Shown piece by piece: positions 24,601-36,900 of a DNA stretch of 64,000 nt. Source of the DNA: Eledone cirrhosa (Eukaryota). Below the pieces are notes generated by a model. It saw only the letters and a list, made by a program, of their open reading frames with translations, did not search any database and was not told where the DNA came from. Within the stretch, counting starts at the first letter, position 1. Each line of letters begins with the position of its first letter. A program made the translations under genes and the position numbers. Location: positions 10,292,001 to 10,356,000 of the forward strand of contig OZ024757.1 of assembly GCA_964016885.1 (NCBI GenBank). The letters are read 5' to 3'.

Positions 24601-25479
24601 GTTAAGTTAAGTTGGCGTTAAATTAAGTTGGGGTTAAGTTAAGTTGGGGTTACGTTAAGTTGGGGTTAAGTCAAGTTGGGGTTAAATCAAGTTGGGGTTA
24701 ACTTAAGTTTGGATTAACTTAAGTTGGGTTAACTTAAGTTGGGATTAAGTTGGGGTTAACTTAAGTTGGGGTTAAGTTAAGTTGGGGTTGAGTTAAGTTG
24801 GGGTTGAGTTAAGTTGGGGTTGAGTTAAGTTGGGGTTAATTTAAGTTGGGGTTAAGTTAAGTTGGGGTTAAGTTAAGTTGGGATTAGATTAAGTAGGAGT
24901 TAAGTTAAGTTGGGGTTAAGTTAAGTTGTGGTTAAGTTAAGTTGGGGTTAAGTTAAGTTGGGGTTAAGTTAAGTTGGGGTTAACTTAAGTTGGGGTTAAG
25001 TTAAGTTGAGGCTAAGTTAAGTTGGGGCTGAGTTAACTTGGGGTTAAGTTAAGTTGGGGTTAAGTTAAGTTGGGGTTAAGGTAAGTTGGGGTTAAGTTAA
25101 GTTGGGGTTAAGTTAAGTTGGGGTTAAGTTAAGTTGGGGTTAACTTAAGTTGGGGTTAACTTAAGTTGGGGTTAAGTTGGGGTTAACTTAAGTTGGGGTT
25201 AATTTAAGTTGGGGTTGAGTTAAGTTGGGGTTGATTTCAGTTTGGGTTGAGTTAAGTTGGGGTTTTGTTAAGTTGGGGTTAAGTTAAGTTGGGGTTAAGT
25301 TAAGTTGGGGTTGAGTTAAGTTGGGATCGAGGTAAGTTGGGGTTGAGTTAAGTTGGGGTTAAGTTAAGTTGGGGTTAACTTAAGTTGGGGTTAAGTTAAG
25401 TTGGGGTTAAGTTAAGTTGGGGTTAAGTTAAGTTGGGGTTAAGTTAAGTTGGGGTTAAGTTAAATTGGGGTTAAGTTAA

Positions 25480-28400
25480 GTTGGGGTTGAGTTAAGTTAG
25501 GGTCGAGTTAAGTTGGGGTTGAGTTAATTTGGGGTTGAATTAAGTTGGGGTTAGGTTAAGTTGGGGTTAAGTTAAATTTGGTTTAAGTTAAGTTGGGGTT
25601 AAGTTAAGTTGGGGTTAAGTTAAGTTGGGATTAGATTAAGTTGGGGTTAAGTTAAGTTGGGGTTGAGTTAAGTTGGGGTTAAGTTAAGTTGGCGTTAAGT
25701 TAAGTTGGGGTTAAGTTAAGTTGGGGTTAAGTTAAGTTGGGGTTAAGTCAAGTTGGGGTTGAGTTAATTTGGGGTTAAGTTAAGTTGGGGTTAAGTTAAG
25801 TTGGAGTTAAGTTAAGTTGGGGTTAAGTCAAGTTGGGGTTGAGTTAATTTGGGGTTGAATTAAGTTGGGGTTAGGTTAAGTTGGGGTTAAGTTAAGTTTG
25901 GTTTAAGTTAAGTTGGGGTTAAGTTAAGTTGGGGTTAAGTTAATTTGAGGTTAAGTTAAGTTGGGGTTGAGTTAAGTTGGGGTTGATTTAAGTTGGGGTT
26001 GAATTAAGTTGGGGTCGAGTTAAGTTGGGGTTGAGTTAAGTTGGGGTTAAGTTAAGTTGGGGTTAAGTTAAGTTGGAGTTAAGTTAAATTGGGGTTAAGT
26101 TAAGTTGGGGTTAAGTTAAGTCGGAGTAAAGTTAAGTTGGGGTTAAGTTAAGTTGGGGGTAAGTTAAGTTGTGGTTAAGTTAAGTTGGGGTTAAGTTGGG
26201 GTTAAGTTAAGTTGGGGTTGAGTTAAGTTGGGGTTGAATTAAGTTGGGATTGAGTTAAGTTGGAGTTAAGTTAAGTTGGGGTTAAGTTAAGTTGGGGTTA
26301 AGTTAAGTTGGCGTTAAATTAAGTTGGGGTTAAGTTAAGTTGGGGTTACGTTAAGTTGGGGATAAGTTAAGTTGGGGTTAAGTCAAGTTGGGGTTAAATC
26401 AAGTTGGGGTTAACTTAAGTTTGAATTAACTTAAGTTGGGTTAACTTAAGTTGGGATTAAGTTGGGGTTAACTTAAGTTGGGGTTAAGTTAAGTTGGCGT
26501 TGAGTTAAGTTGGGGTTGAGTTAAGTTGGGGTTGAGTTAAGTTGGGGTTGAGTTAAGTTGGGGTCGAGTTAAGTTGGGGTTGATTTAAGTTGGGGTTAAG
26601 TTAAGTTGGGGTTAAGTTAAGTTGGGGTTAAGTTAAGTTGGGATTAGATTAAGTAGGAGTTAAGTTAAGTTGGGGTTAATTTAAGTTGTGGTTAAGTTAA
26701 GTTGGGGTTAAGTTAAGTTGGGGTTAAGTTAAGTTGGGGTTAACTTAAGTTGGAGTTAAGTTAAGTTGGGGTTAAGTTAAGTTGAGGCTATTTAAGTTGG
26801 GGCTGAGTTAACTTGGGGTTAAGTTAAGTTGGGGTTAAGTTAAGTTGGGGTTAAGGTAAGTTGGGGTTAAGTTAAGTTGGGGTTAAGTTAAGTTGGGGTT
26901 AAGTTAAGTTGGGGTTAACTTAAGTTGGGGTTGAGTTGGGGTTAACTTAAGTTGGGGTTAATTTAAGTTGGGGTTGAGTTAAGTTGGGGTTGATTTCAGT
27001 TTGGGTTGAGTTAAGTTGGGGTCGAGTTAAGTTGGGGTTGTGTTAAGTGGGGGTTAAGTTAAGTTGGGGTTAAGTTAAGTTGGGGTTGAGTTAAGTTGGG
27101 ATCGAGGTAAGTTGGGGTTGAGTTAAGTTGGGGTTGATTTAAGTTGGGGTTGAGGTAAGTTGGAGTCGAGTTAAGTTGGGGTTGAGTTAAGTTGGGGTTA
27201 AGTTAAGTTGGGGTTAAGTTAAGTTGGGGTTAATTTAAGTCGGAGTTAAGTTAAGTTGGGGTTGAGTTAAGTTAGGGTCGAGTTAAGTTGGGGTTGAGTT
27301 AATTTGGGGTTGAATTAAGTTGGGGTTAGGTTAAGTTGGGGTTAAGTTAAATTTGGTTTAAGTTAAGTTGGGGTTAAGTTAAGTTGGGGTTAAGTTAAGT
27401 TGGGATTAGATTAAGTTGGGGTTAAGTTAAGTTGGGGTTGAGTTAAGTTGGGGTTAAGTTAAGTTGGCGTTAAGTTAAGTTGGGGTTAAGTTAAGTTGGG
27501 GTTAAGTTAAGTTGGGGTTAAGTTAAGTTGGGGTTAAGTTAAGTTGGGGTTAAGTTAAGTTGGAGTTAAGTTAAGTTGGGGTTAAGTCAAGTTGGGGTTG
27601 AGTTAATTTGGGGTTAAGTTAAGTTGGGGTTAAGTTAAGTTGGAGTTAAGTTAAGTTGGGGTTAAGTCAAGTTGGGGTTGAGTTAATTTGGGGTTGAATT
27701 AAGTTGGGGTTAGGTTAAGTTGGGGTTAAGTTAAGTTTGGTTTAAGTTAAGTTGGGGTTAAGTTAAGTTGGGGTTAAGTTAATTTGAGGTTAAGTTAAGT
27801 TGGGGTTGAGTTAAGTTGGGGTTGATTTAAGTTGGGGTTGAATTAAGTTGGGGTCGAGTTAAGTTGGGGTTGAGTTAAGTTGGGGTTAAGTTAAGTTGGG
27901 GTTAAGTTAAGTTGGAGTTAAGTTAAATTGGGGTTAAGTTAAGTTGGGGTTAAGTTAAGTCGGAGTAAAGTTAAGTTGGGGTTAAGTTAAGTTGGGGGTA
28001 AGTTAAGTTGTGGTTAAGTTAAGTTGGGGTTAAGTTGGGGTTAAGTTAAGTTGGGGTTGAGTTAAGTTGGGGTTGAATTAAGTTGGGATTGAGTTAAGTT
28101 GGAGTTAAGTTAAGTTGGGGTTAAGTTAAGTTGGGGTTAAGTTAAGTTGGCGTTAAATTAAGTTGGGGTTAAGTTAAGTTGGGGTTACGTTAAGTTGGGG
28201 ATAAGTTAAGTTGGGGTTAAGTCAAGTTGGGGTTAAATCAAGTTGGGGTTAACTTAAGTTTGAATTAACTTAAGTTGGGTTAACTTAAGTTGGGATTAAG
28301 TTGGGGTTAACTTAAGTTGGGGTTAAGTTAAGTTGGCGTTGAGTTAAGTTGGGGTTGAGTTAAGTTGGGGTTGAGTTAAGTTGGGGTTGAGTTAAGTTGG

Positions 28401-29100
28401 GGTCGAGTTAAGTTGGGGTTGATTTAAGTTGGGGTTAAGTTAAGTTGGGGTTAAGTTAAGTTGGGGTTAAGTTAAGTTGGGATTAGATTAAGTAGGAGTT
28501 AAGTTAAGTTGGGGTTAATTTAAGTTGTGGTTAAGTTAAGTTGGGGTTAAGTTAAGTTGGGGTTAAGTTAAGTTGGGGTTAACTTAAGTTGGAGTTAAGT
28601 TAAGTTGGGGTTAAGTTAAGTTGAGGCTATTTAAGTTGGGGCTGAGTTAACTTGGGGTTAAGTTAAGTTGGGGTTAAGTTAAGTTGGGGTTAAGGTAAGT
28701 TGGGGTTAAGTTAAGTTGGGGTTAAGTTAAGTTGGGGTTAAGTTAAGTTGGGGTTAACTTAAGTTGGGGTTGAGTTGGGGTTAACTTAAGTTGGGGTTAA
28801 TTTAAGTTGGGGTTGAGTTAAGTTGGGGTTGATTTCAGTTTGGGTTGAGTTAAGTTGGGGTCGAGTTAAGTTGGGGTTGTGTTAAGTGGGGGTTAAGTTA
28901 AGTTGGGGTTAAGTTAAGTTGGGGTTGAGTTAAGTTGGGATCGAGGTAAGTTGGGGTTGAGTTAAGTTGGGGTTGATTTAAGTTGGGGTTGAGGTAAGTT
29001 GGAGTCGAGTTAAGTTGGGGTTGAGTTAAGTTGGGGTTAAGTTAAGTTGGGGTTAAGTTAAGTTGGGGTTAATTTAAGTCGGAGTTAAGTTAAGTTGGGG
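25480..29100 (+). repeat. Tandem duplication of a 1,839-bp higher-order unit
   Basis: GATTTCAG at 26992 and 28831. The variants TTTGAATTAAC (~26420, ~28259) and the 11-mer TTGAGTTGGGG (~26931, ~28770) were seen only in these two copies. Confidence 0.88.
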
Positions 29101-30929
29101 TTAAGTTAAGTTGGGGGTAAGTTAAGTTGTGGTTAAGTTAAGTTGGGGTTAAGTTGGGGTTAAGTTAAGTTGGGGTTAAGTTAAGTGGGGTTGAGTTAAG
29201 TTGGAGTTAAGTTAAGTTGGGGTTAATTTAAGTTGGGGTTAAGTTAAGTCGGGGTAAAGTTAAGTTGGGGTTAAGTTAAGTTGGGGGTAAGTTAATTTGG
29301 GGTTAAGTTAAGTTGGGGTTTAGTTAATTTGGGGTTAAGTCAAGTTGGGGTTAAGTCAAGTTGGGGTTAAGTTAAGTTGGGGTTAAGTTAAGTCGGGGTT
29401 AAGTTAAGTTGGGGTTAAGTTAAGTCGGGGTTAAGTTAAGTTGGGGTTAAGTTAAGTTGGGGTAAGTTAAGTTGGGGTTAAGTTAAGTTGGGGTTTACTT
29501 AAGTTGGGGTTAAGTCAAGTTGGGGTTAAGTCAAGTTGGGGTTAAGTCAAGTTGGGGTTAAGTTAAGTTGGGGTTAAGTTAAGTTGGGGTTAAATTAAGT
29601 TGGGGTTAAGTTAAGTTGGGGTTAAGTTAAGTTGGCGTTAAGTTAAGTTGGGGTTAAGTTAACTTGGGGTTAAGTTAAGTTGGGGTTAAGTTAAGTTGGG
29701 GTTAAGTCAAGTTGCGGTTAAATCAAGTTGGGGTTAACTTAAGTTTGGATTAACTTAAGTTGGGTTAACTTAAGTTGCGGTTAAGTTGGGGTTAACTTAA
29801 GTTGGGGTTAAGTTAAGTTGGGGTTAAGTTAAGTTGGGGTTGAGTTAAGTTGGGGTTGAGTTAAGTTGGGGTTGAGTTAAGTTGGGGTTGATTTAAGTTG
29901 GGGTTGAGTTAAGTTGGGGTCGAGTTAAGTTGGGGTTAAGTTAAGTTGGGGTTAAGTTAAGTTGGGGTTAAGTTAAGTTTGGTTTAAGTTAAGTTGGGGT
30001 TAAGTTAAGTTGGGGTTGAGTTAAGTTGGGATTAGGTTAAGTTGGGGTTAAGTTAAGTTGGGGTTAAGTTAAGTTGTGGTTAATTTAAGTTGGGGTTAAG
30101 TTAAGTTGGGGTTAAGTTAAGTTGGTGTTAAGGTAAGTTGGGGTTAAGTTAAGTTGGGGTTAAGTTAAGTTGGGGTTAATTTAAGTTGGGGTTAACTTAA
30201 GTTGGGGTTAACTTAAGTTGGGGTTAAGTTGGGGTTAACTTAAGTTGGGGTTAAGTTGGGGTTAACCTAAGTTGGGGTTAAGTTAAGTTGGGGTTGAGTT
30301 AAGTTGGGGTTGATTTAACTTGGGGTTGAGTTAAGTTGGAGTCGAGTTAAGTTGGGGTTGAGTTAAGTTGGGGTTAAATTAAGTTGGGGTTAAGTTAAGT
30401 TGGCGTTAAATTAAATTGGGGTTAAGTTAAGTTGGGGTTACGTTAAGTTGGGGTTAAGTTAAGTTGGGGTTAAGTCAAGTTGGGGTTAAATCAAGTTGGG
30501 GTTAACTTAAGTTTGGATTAACTTAAGTTGGGTTAACTTAAGTTGGGGTTAAGTTGGGCTTAACTTAAGTTGGGGTTAAGTTAAGTTGGGGTTGAGTTAA
30601 GTTGGGGTTGAGTTAAGTTGGGGTTGAGTTAAGTTGGGGTTGAGTTAAGTTGGGGTCGAGTTAAGTTGGGGTTGAGTTAAGTTGGGGTTAAGTTAAGTTG
30701 GGGTTAAGTTGGGGTTAAGTTAAGTTGGGATTAGGTTAAGTTGGGGTTAAGTTAAGTTGGGGTTAAGTTAAGTCGGAGTAAAGTTAAGTTGGGGGTAAGT
30801 TAAGTTGTGGTTAAGTTAAGTTGGGGTTAAGTTGGGGTTAAGTTAAGTTGGGGTTGAGTTAAGTTGGGGTTGAATTAAGTTGGGATTGAGTTAAGTTGGA
30901 GTTAAGTTAAGTCGGGGTTAAGTTAAGTT

Positions 30930-33900
30930 GGGGTTAAGTTAAGTTGGCGTTAAATTAAGTTGGGGTTAAGTTAAGTTGGGGTTACGTTAAGTTGGGGTTA
31001 AGTCAAGTTGGGGTTAAATCAAGTTGGGGTTAACTTAAGTTTGGATTAACTTAAGTTGGGTTAACTTAAGTTGGGATTAAGTTGGGGTTAACTTAAGTTG
31101 GGGTTAAGTTAAGTTGGGGTTGAGTTAAGTTGGGGTTGAGTTAAGTTGGGGTTGAGTTAAGTTGGGGTTAATTTAAGTTGGGGTTAAGTTAAGTTGGGGT
31201 TAAGTTAAGTTGGGATTAGATTAAGTAGGAGTTAAGTTAAGTTGGGGTTAAGTTAAGTTGTGGTTAAGTTAAGTTGGGGTTAAGTTAAGTTGGGGTTAAG
31301 TTAAGTTGGGGTTAACTTAAGTTGGGGTTAAGTTAAGTTGAGGCTAAGTTAAGTTGGGGCTGAGTTAACTTGGGGTTAAGTTAAGTTGGGGTTAAGTTAA
31401 GTTGGGGTTAAGGTAAGTTGGGGTTAAGTTAAGTTGGGGTTAAGTTAAGTTGGGGTTAAGTTAAGTTGGGGTTAACTTAAGTTGGGGTTAACTTAAGTTG
31501 GGGTTAAGTTGGGGTTAACTTAAGTTGGGGTTAATTTAAGTTGGGGTTGAGTTAAGTTGGGGTTGATTTCAGTTTGGGTTGAGTTAAGTTGGGGTTGTGT
31601 TAAGTTGGGGTTAAGTTAAGTTGGGGTTAAGTTAAGTTGGGGTTGAGTTAAGTTGGGATCGAGGTAAGTTGGGGTTGAGTTAAGTTGGGGTTAAGTTAAG
31701 TTGGGGTTAACTTAAGTTGGGGTTAACTTAAGTTGGGGTTAAGTTAAGTTGGGGTTAAGTTAAGTTGGGGTTAAGTTAAGTTGGGGTTAAGTTAAGTTGG
31801 GGTTAAGTTAAATTGGGGTTAAGTTAAGTTGGGGTTGAGTTAAGTTAGGGTCGAGTTAAGTTGGGGTTGAGTTAATTTGGGGTTGAATTAAGTTGGGGTT
31901 AGGTTAAGTTGGGGTTAAGTTAAATTTGGTTTAAGTTAAGTTGGGGTTAAGTTGGGGTTAAGTTAAGTTGGGATTAGATTAAGTTGGGGTTAAGTTAAGT
32001 TGGGGTTGAGTTAAGTTGGGGTTAAGTTAAGTTGGCGTTAAGTTAAGTTGGGGTTAAGTTAAGTTGGGGTTAAGTTAAGTTGGGGTTAAGTTAAGTTGGG
32101 GTTAAGTTAAGTTGGGGTTAAGTTAAGTTGGAGTTAAGTTAAGTTGGGGTTAAGTCAAGTTGGGGTTGAGTTAATTTGGGGTTAAGTTAAGTTGGGGTTA
32201 AGTTAAGTTGGAGTTAAGTTAAGTTGGGGTTAAGTCAAGTTGGGGTTGAGTTAATTTGGGGTTGAATTAAGTTGGGGTTAGGTTAAGTTGGGGTTAAGTT
32301 AAGTTTGGTTTAAGTTAAGTTGGGGTTAAGTTAAGTTGGGGTTAAGTTAATTTGGGGTTAAGTTAAGTTGGGGTTGAGTTAAGTTGGGGTTGATTTAAGT
32401 TGGGGTTGAATTAAGTTGGGGTCGAGTTAAGTTGGGGTTGAGTTAAGTTGGGGTTAAGTTAAGTTGGGGTTAAGTTAAGTTGGAGTTAAGTTAAATTGGG
32501 GTTAAGTTAAGTTGGGGTTAAGTTAAGTCGGAGTAAAGTTAAGTTGGGGTTAAGTTAAGTTGGGGGTAAGTTAAGTTGTGGTTAAGTTAAGTTGGGGTTA
32601 AGTTGGGGTTAAGTTAAGTTGGGGTTGAGTTAAGTTGGGGTTGAATTAAGTTGGGATTGAGTTAAGTTGGAGTTAAGTTAAGTTGGGGTTAAGTTAAGTT
32701 GGGGTTAAGTTAAGTTGGCGTTAAATTAAGTTGGGGTTAAGTTAAGTTGGGGTTACGTTAAGTTGGGGATAAGTTAAGTTGGGGTTAAGTCAAGTTGGGG
32801 TTAAATCAAGTTGGGGTTAACTTAAGTTTGGATTAACTTAAGTTGGGTTAACTTAAGTTGGGATTAAGTTGGGGTTAACTTAAGTTGGGGTTAAGTTAAG
32901 TTGGCGTTGAGTTAAGTTGGGGTTGAGTTAAGTTGGGGTTGAGTTAAGTTGGGGTTGAGTTAAGTTGGGGTCGAGTTAAGTTGGGGTTGATTTAAGTTGG
33001 GGTTAAGTTAAGTTGGGGTTAAGTTAAGTTGGGGTTAAGTTAAGTTGGGATTAGATTAAGTAGGAGTTAATTTAAGTTGGGGTTAATTTAAGTTGTGGTT
33101 AAGTTAAGTTGGGGTTAAGTTAAGTTGGGGTTAAGTTAAGTTGGGGTTAACTTAAGTTGGAGTTAAGTTAAGTTGGGGTTAAGTTAAGTTGAGGCTATTT
33201 AAGTTGGGGCTGAGTTAACTTGGGGTTAAGTTAAGTTGGGGTTAAGTTAAGTTGGGGTTAAGGTAAGTTGGGGTTAAGTTAAGTTGGGGTTAAGTTAAGT
33301 TGGGGTTAAGTTAAGTTGGGGTTAACTTAAGTTGGGGTTAAGTTGGGGTTAACTTAAGTTGGGGTTAATTTAAGTTGGGGTTGAGTTAAGTTGGGGTTGA
33401 TTTCAGTTTGGGTTGAGTTAAGTTGGGGTCGAGTTAAGTTGGGGTTGTGTTAAGTGGGGGTTAAGTTAAGTTGGGGTTAAGTTAAGTTGGGGTTGCGTTA
33501 AGTTGGGATCGAGGTAAGTTGGGGTTAAGTTAAGTTGGGGTTAAGTTAAGTTGTGGTTAAGTTAAGTTGGGGTTAAGTTAAGTTGGGGTTAAGTTAAGTT
33601 GGGGTTAAGGTAAGTTGGGGTTAAGTTAAGTTGGGGTTAAGTTAAGTTGGGGTTAACTTAATTTGGGGTTAACTTAAGTTGGGGTTAAGTTGAGGTTAAC
33701 TTAAGTTGGGGTTAAGTTGGGGTTAACTTAAGTTGGGGTTAAGTTAAGTTGGGGTTGATTTAAGTTGGGGTTGAGTTAAGTTGGAGTCGAGTTAAGTTGG
33801 GGTTGAGTTAAGTTGGCGTTAAGTTAAGTTGGGGTTAAGTTAAGTTGGGGTTAAGTTAAGTTGGGGTTAAGGTAAGTTGGGGTTAAGTTAAGTTGGGGTT

Positions 33901-36900
33901 AAGTTAAGTTGGGGTTAAGTTAAGTTGGGGGTAAGTTAAGTTGGGGTTAAGTTAAGTTGGGGGTAAGTTAAGTTGGGGTTAAGTTAAGTTGGGGTTAAGT
34001 TAAGGTGGGATTAGGTTAAGTTGGGGTTAAGTTAAGTTGGGGTTAAGTTAAGTTGTGGTTAAGTTAAGTTGGGGTTAAGTTAAGTTGGGGTTAAGTTAAG
34101 TTGGGGTTAAGGTAAGTTGGGGTTAAGTTAAGTTGGGGTTAAGTTAAGTTGGGGTTAAGTTAAGTTGGGGTTAACTTAAGTTGGGGTTAACTTAAGTTGG
34201 GGTTAAGTTGGGGTTAACTTAAGTTGGGGTTAAGTTGGGGTTAACTTAAGTTGGGGTTAAGTTAAGTTGGGGTTGATTTAAGTTGGGGTTGAGTTAAGTT
34301 GGAGTCGAGTTAAGTTGGGGTTGAGTTAAGTTGGGGTTAAGTTAAGTTGGGGTTAAGTTAAGTTGGAGTTAAGTTAAGTTGGGGTTAAGTTAAGTTGAGG
34401 TTAAGTTAAGTCGGACTTAAGTTAAGTTGGGGTTAAGTTAAGTTGGGGGTAAGTTAAGTTGTGGTTAAGTTAAGTTGGGGTTAAGTTGGGGTTAAGTTAA
34501 GTTGGGGTTAAGTTAAGTGGGGTTGAGTTAAGTTGGAGTTAAGTTAAGTTGGGGTTAATTTAAGTTGGGGTTAAGTTAAGTCGGGGTAAAGTTAAGTTGG
34601 GGTTAAGTTAAGTTGGGGGTAAGTTAATTTGGGGTTAAGTTAAGTTGGGGTTTAGTTAATTTGGGGTTAAGTCAAGTTGGGGTTAAGTCAAGTTGGGGTT
34701 AAGTTAAGTTGGGGTTAAGTTAAGTCGGGGTTAAGTTAAGTTGGGGTTAATTTAAGTTGGGGTAAGTTAAGTTGGGGTTAAGTTAAGTTGGGGTTTACTT
34801 AAGTTGGGGTTAAGTCAAGTTGGGGTTAAGTCAAGTTGGGGTTAAGTCAAGTTGGGGTTAAATTAAGTTGGGGTTAAGTTAAGTTGGGGTTAAATTAAGT
34901 TGGGGTTAAGTTAAGTTGGGGTTAAGTTAAGTTGGGGTTAAGTCAAGTTGGGGTTAAATCAAGTTGGGGTTAACTTAAGTTTGGATTAACTTAAGTTGGG
35001 TTAACTTAAGTTGGGGTTAAGTTGGGCTTAACTTAAGTTGGGGTTAAGTTAAGTTGGGGTTGAGTTAAGTTGGGGTTGAGTTAAGTTGGGGTTGAGTTAA
35101 GTTGGGGTTGAGTTAAGTTGGGGTCGAGTTAAGTTGGGGTTGAGTTAAGTTGGGGTTAAGTTAAGTTGGGGTTAAGTTGGGGTTAAGTTAAGTTGGGATT
35201 AGGTTAAGTTGGGGTTAAGTTAAGTTGGGGTTAAGTTAAGTCGGAGTAAAGTTAAGTTGGGGGTAAGTTAAGTTGTGGTTAAGTTAAGTTGGGGTTAAGT
35301 TGGGGTTAAGTTAAGTTGGGGTTGAGTTAAGTTGGGGTTGAATTAAGTTGGGATTGAGTTAAGTTGGAGTTAAGTTAAGTCGGGGTTAAGTTAAGTTGGG
35401 GTTAAGTTAAGTTGGCGTTAAATTAAGTTGGGGTTAAGTTAAGTTGGGGTTACGTTAAGTTGGGGTTAAGTCAAGTTGGGGTTAAATCAAGTTGGGGTTA
35501 ACTTAAGTTTGGATTAACTTAAGTTGGGTTAACTTAAGTTGGGATTAAGTTGGGGTTAACTTAAGTTGGGGTTAAGTTAAGTTGGGGTTAAGTTAAGTTG
35601 GGATTAGATTAAGTAGGAGTTAAGTTAAGTTGGGGTTGAGTTAAGTTGGGGTTGAGTTAAGTTGGGGTTAATTTAAGTTGGGGTTAAGTTAAGTTGGGGT
35701 TAAGTTAAGTTGGGATTAGATTAAGTAGGAGTTAAGTTAAGTTGGGGTTAAGTTAAGTTGTGGTTAAGTTAAGTTGGGGTTAAGTTAAGTTGGGGTTAAG
35801 TTAAGTTGGGGTTAACTTAAGTTGGGGTTAAGTTAAGTTGAGGCTAAGTTAAGTTGGGGCTGAGTTAACTTGGGGTTAAGTTAAGTTGGGGTTAAGTTAA
35901 GTTGGGGTTAAGGTAAGTTGGGGTTAAGTTAAGTTGGGGTTAAGTTAAGTTGGGGTTAAGTTAAGTTGGGGTTAACTTAAGTTGGGGTTAACTTAAGTTG
36001 GGGTTAAGTTGGGGTTAACTTAAGTTGGGGTTAATTTAAGTTGGGGTTGAGTTAAGTTGGGGTTGATTTCAGTTTGGGTTGAGTTAAGTTGGGGTTGTGT
36101 TAAGTTGGGGTTAAGTTAAGTTGGGGTTAAGTTAAGTTGGGGTTGAGTTAAGTTGGGATCGAGGTAAGTTGGGGTTGAGTTAAGTTGGGGTTAAGTTAAG
36201 TTGGGGTTAACTTAAGTTGGGGTTAACTTAAGTTGGGGTTAAGTTAAGTTGGGGTTAAGTTAAGTTGGGGTTAAGTTAAGTTGGGGTTAAGTTAAGTTGG
36301 GGTTAAGTTAAATTGGGGTTAAGTTAAGTTGGGGTTGAGTTAAGTTAGGGTCGAGTTAAGTTGGGGTTGAGTTAATTTGGGGTTGAATTAAGTTGGGGTT
36401 AGGTTAAGTTGGGGTTAAGTTAAATTTGGTTTAAGTTAAGTTGGGGTTAAGTTGGGGTTAAGTTAAGTTGGGATTAGATTAAGTTGGGGTTAAGTTAAGT
36501 TGGGGTTGAGTTAAGTTGGGGTTAAGTTAAGTTGGCGTTAAGTTAAGTTGGGGTTAAGTTAAGTTGGGGTTAAGTTAAGTTGGGGTTAAGTTAAGTTGGG
36601 GTTAAGTTAAGTTGGGGTTAAGTTAAGTTGGAGTTAAGTTAAGTTGGGGTTAAGTCAAGTTGGGGTTGAGTTAATTTGGGGTTAAGTTAAGTTGGGGTTA
36701 AGTTAAGTTGGAGTTAAGTTAAGTTGGGGTTAAGTCAAGTTGGGGTTGAGTTAATTTGGGGTTGAATTAAGTTGGGGTTAGGTTAAGTTGGGGTTAAGTT
36801 AAGTTTGGTTTAAGTTAAGTTGGGGTTAAGTTAAGTTGGGGTTAAGTTAATTTGGGGTTAAGTTAAGTTGGGGTTGAGTTAAGTTGGGGTTGATTTAAGT

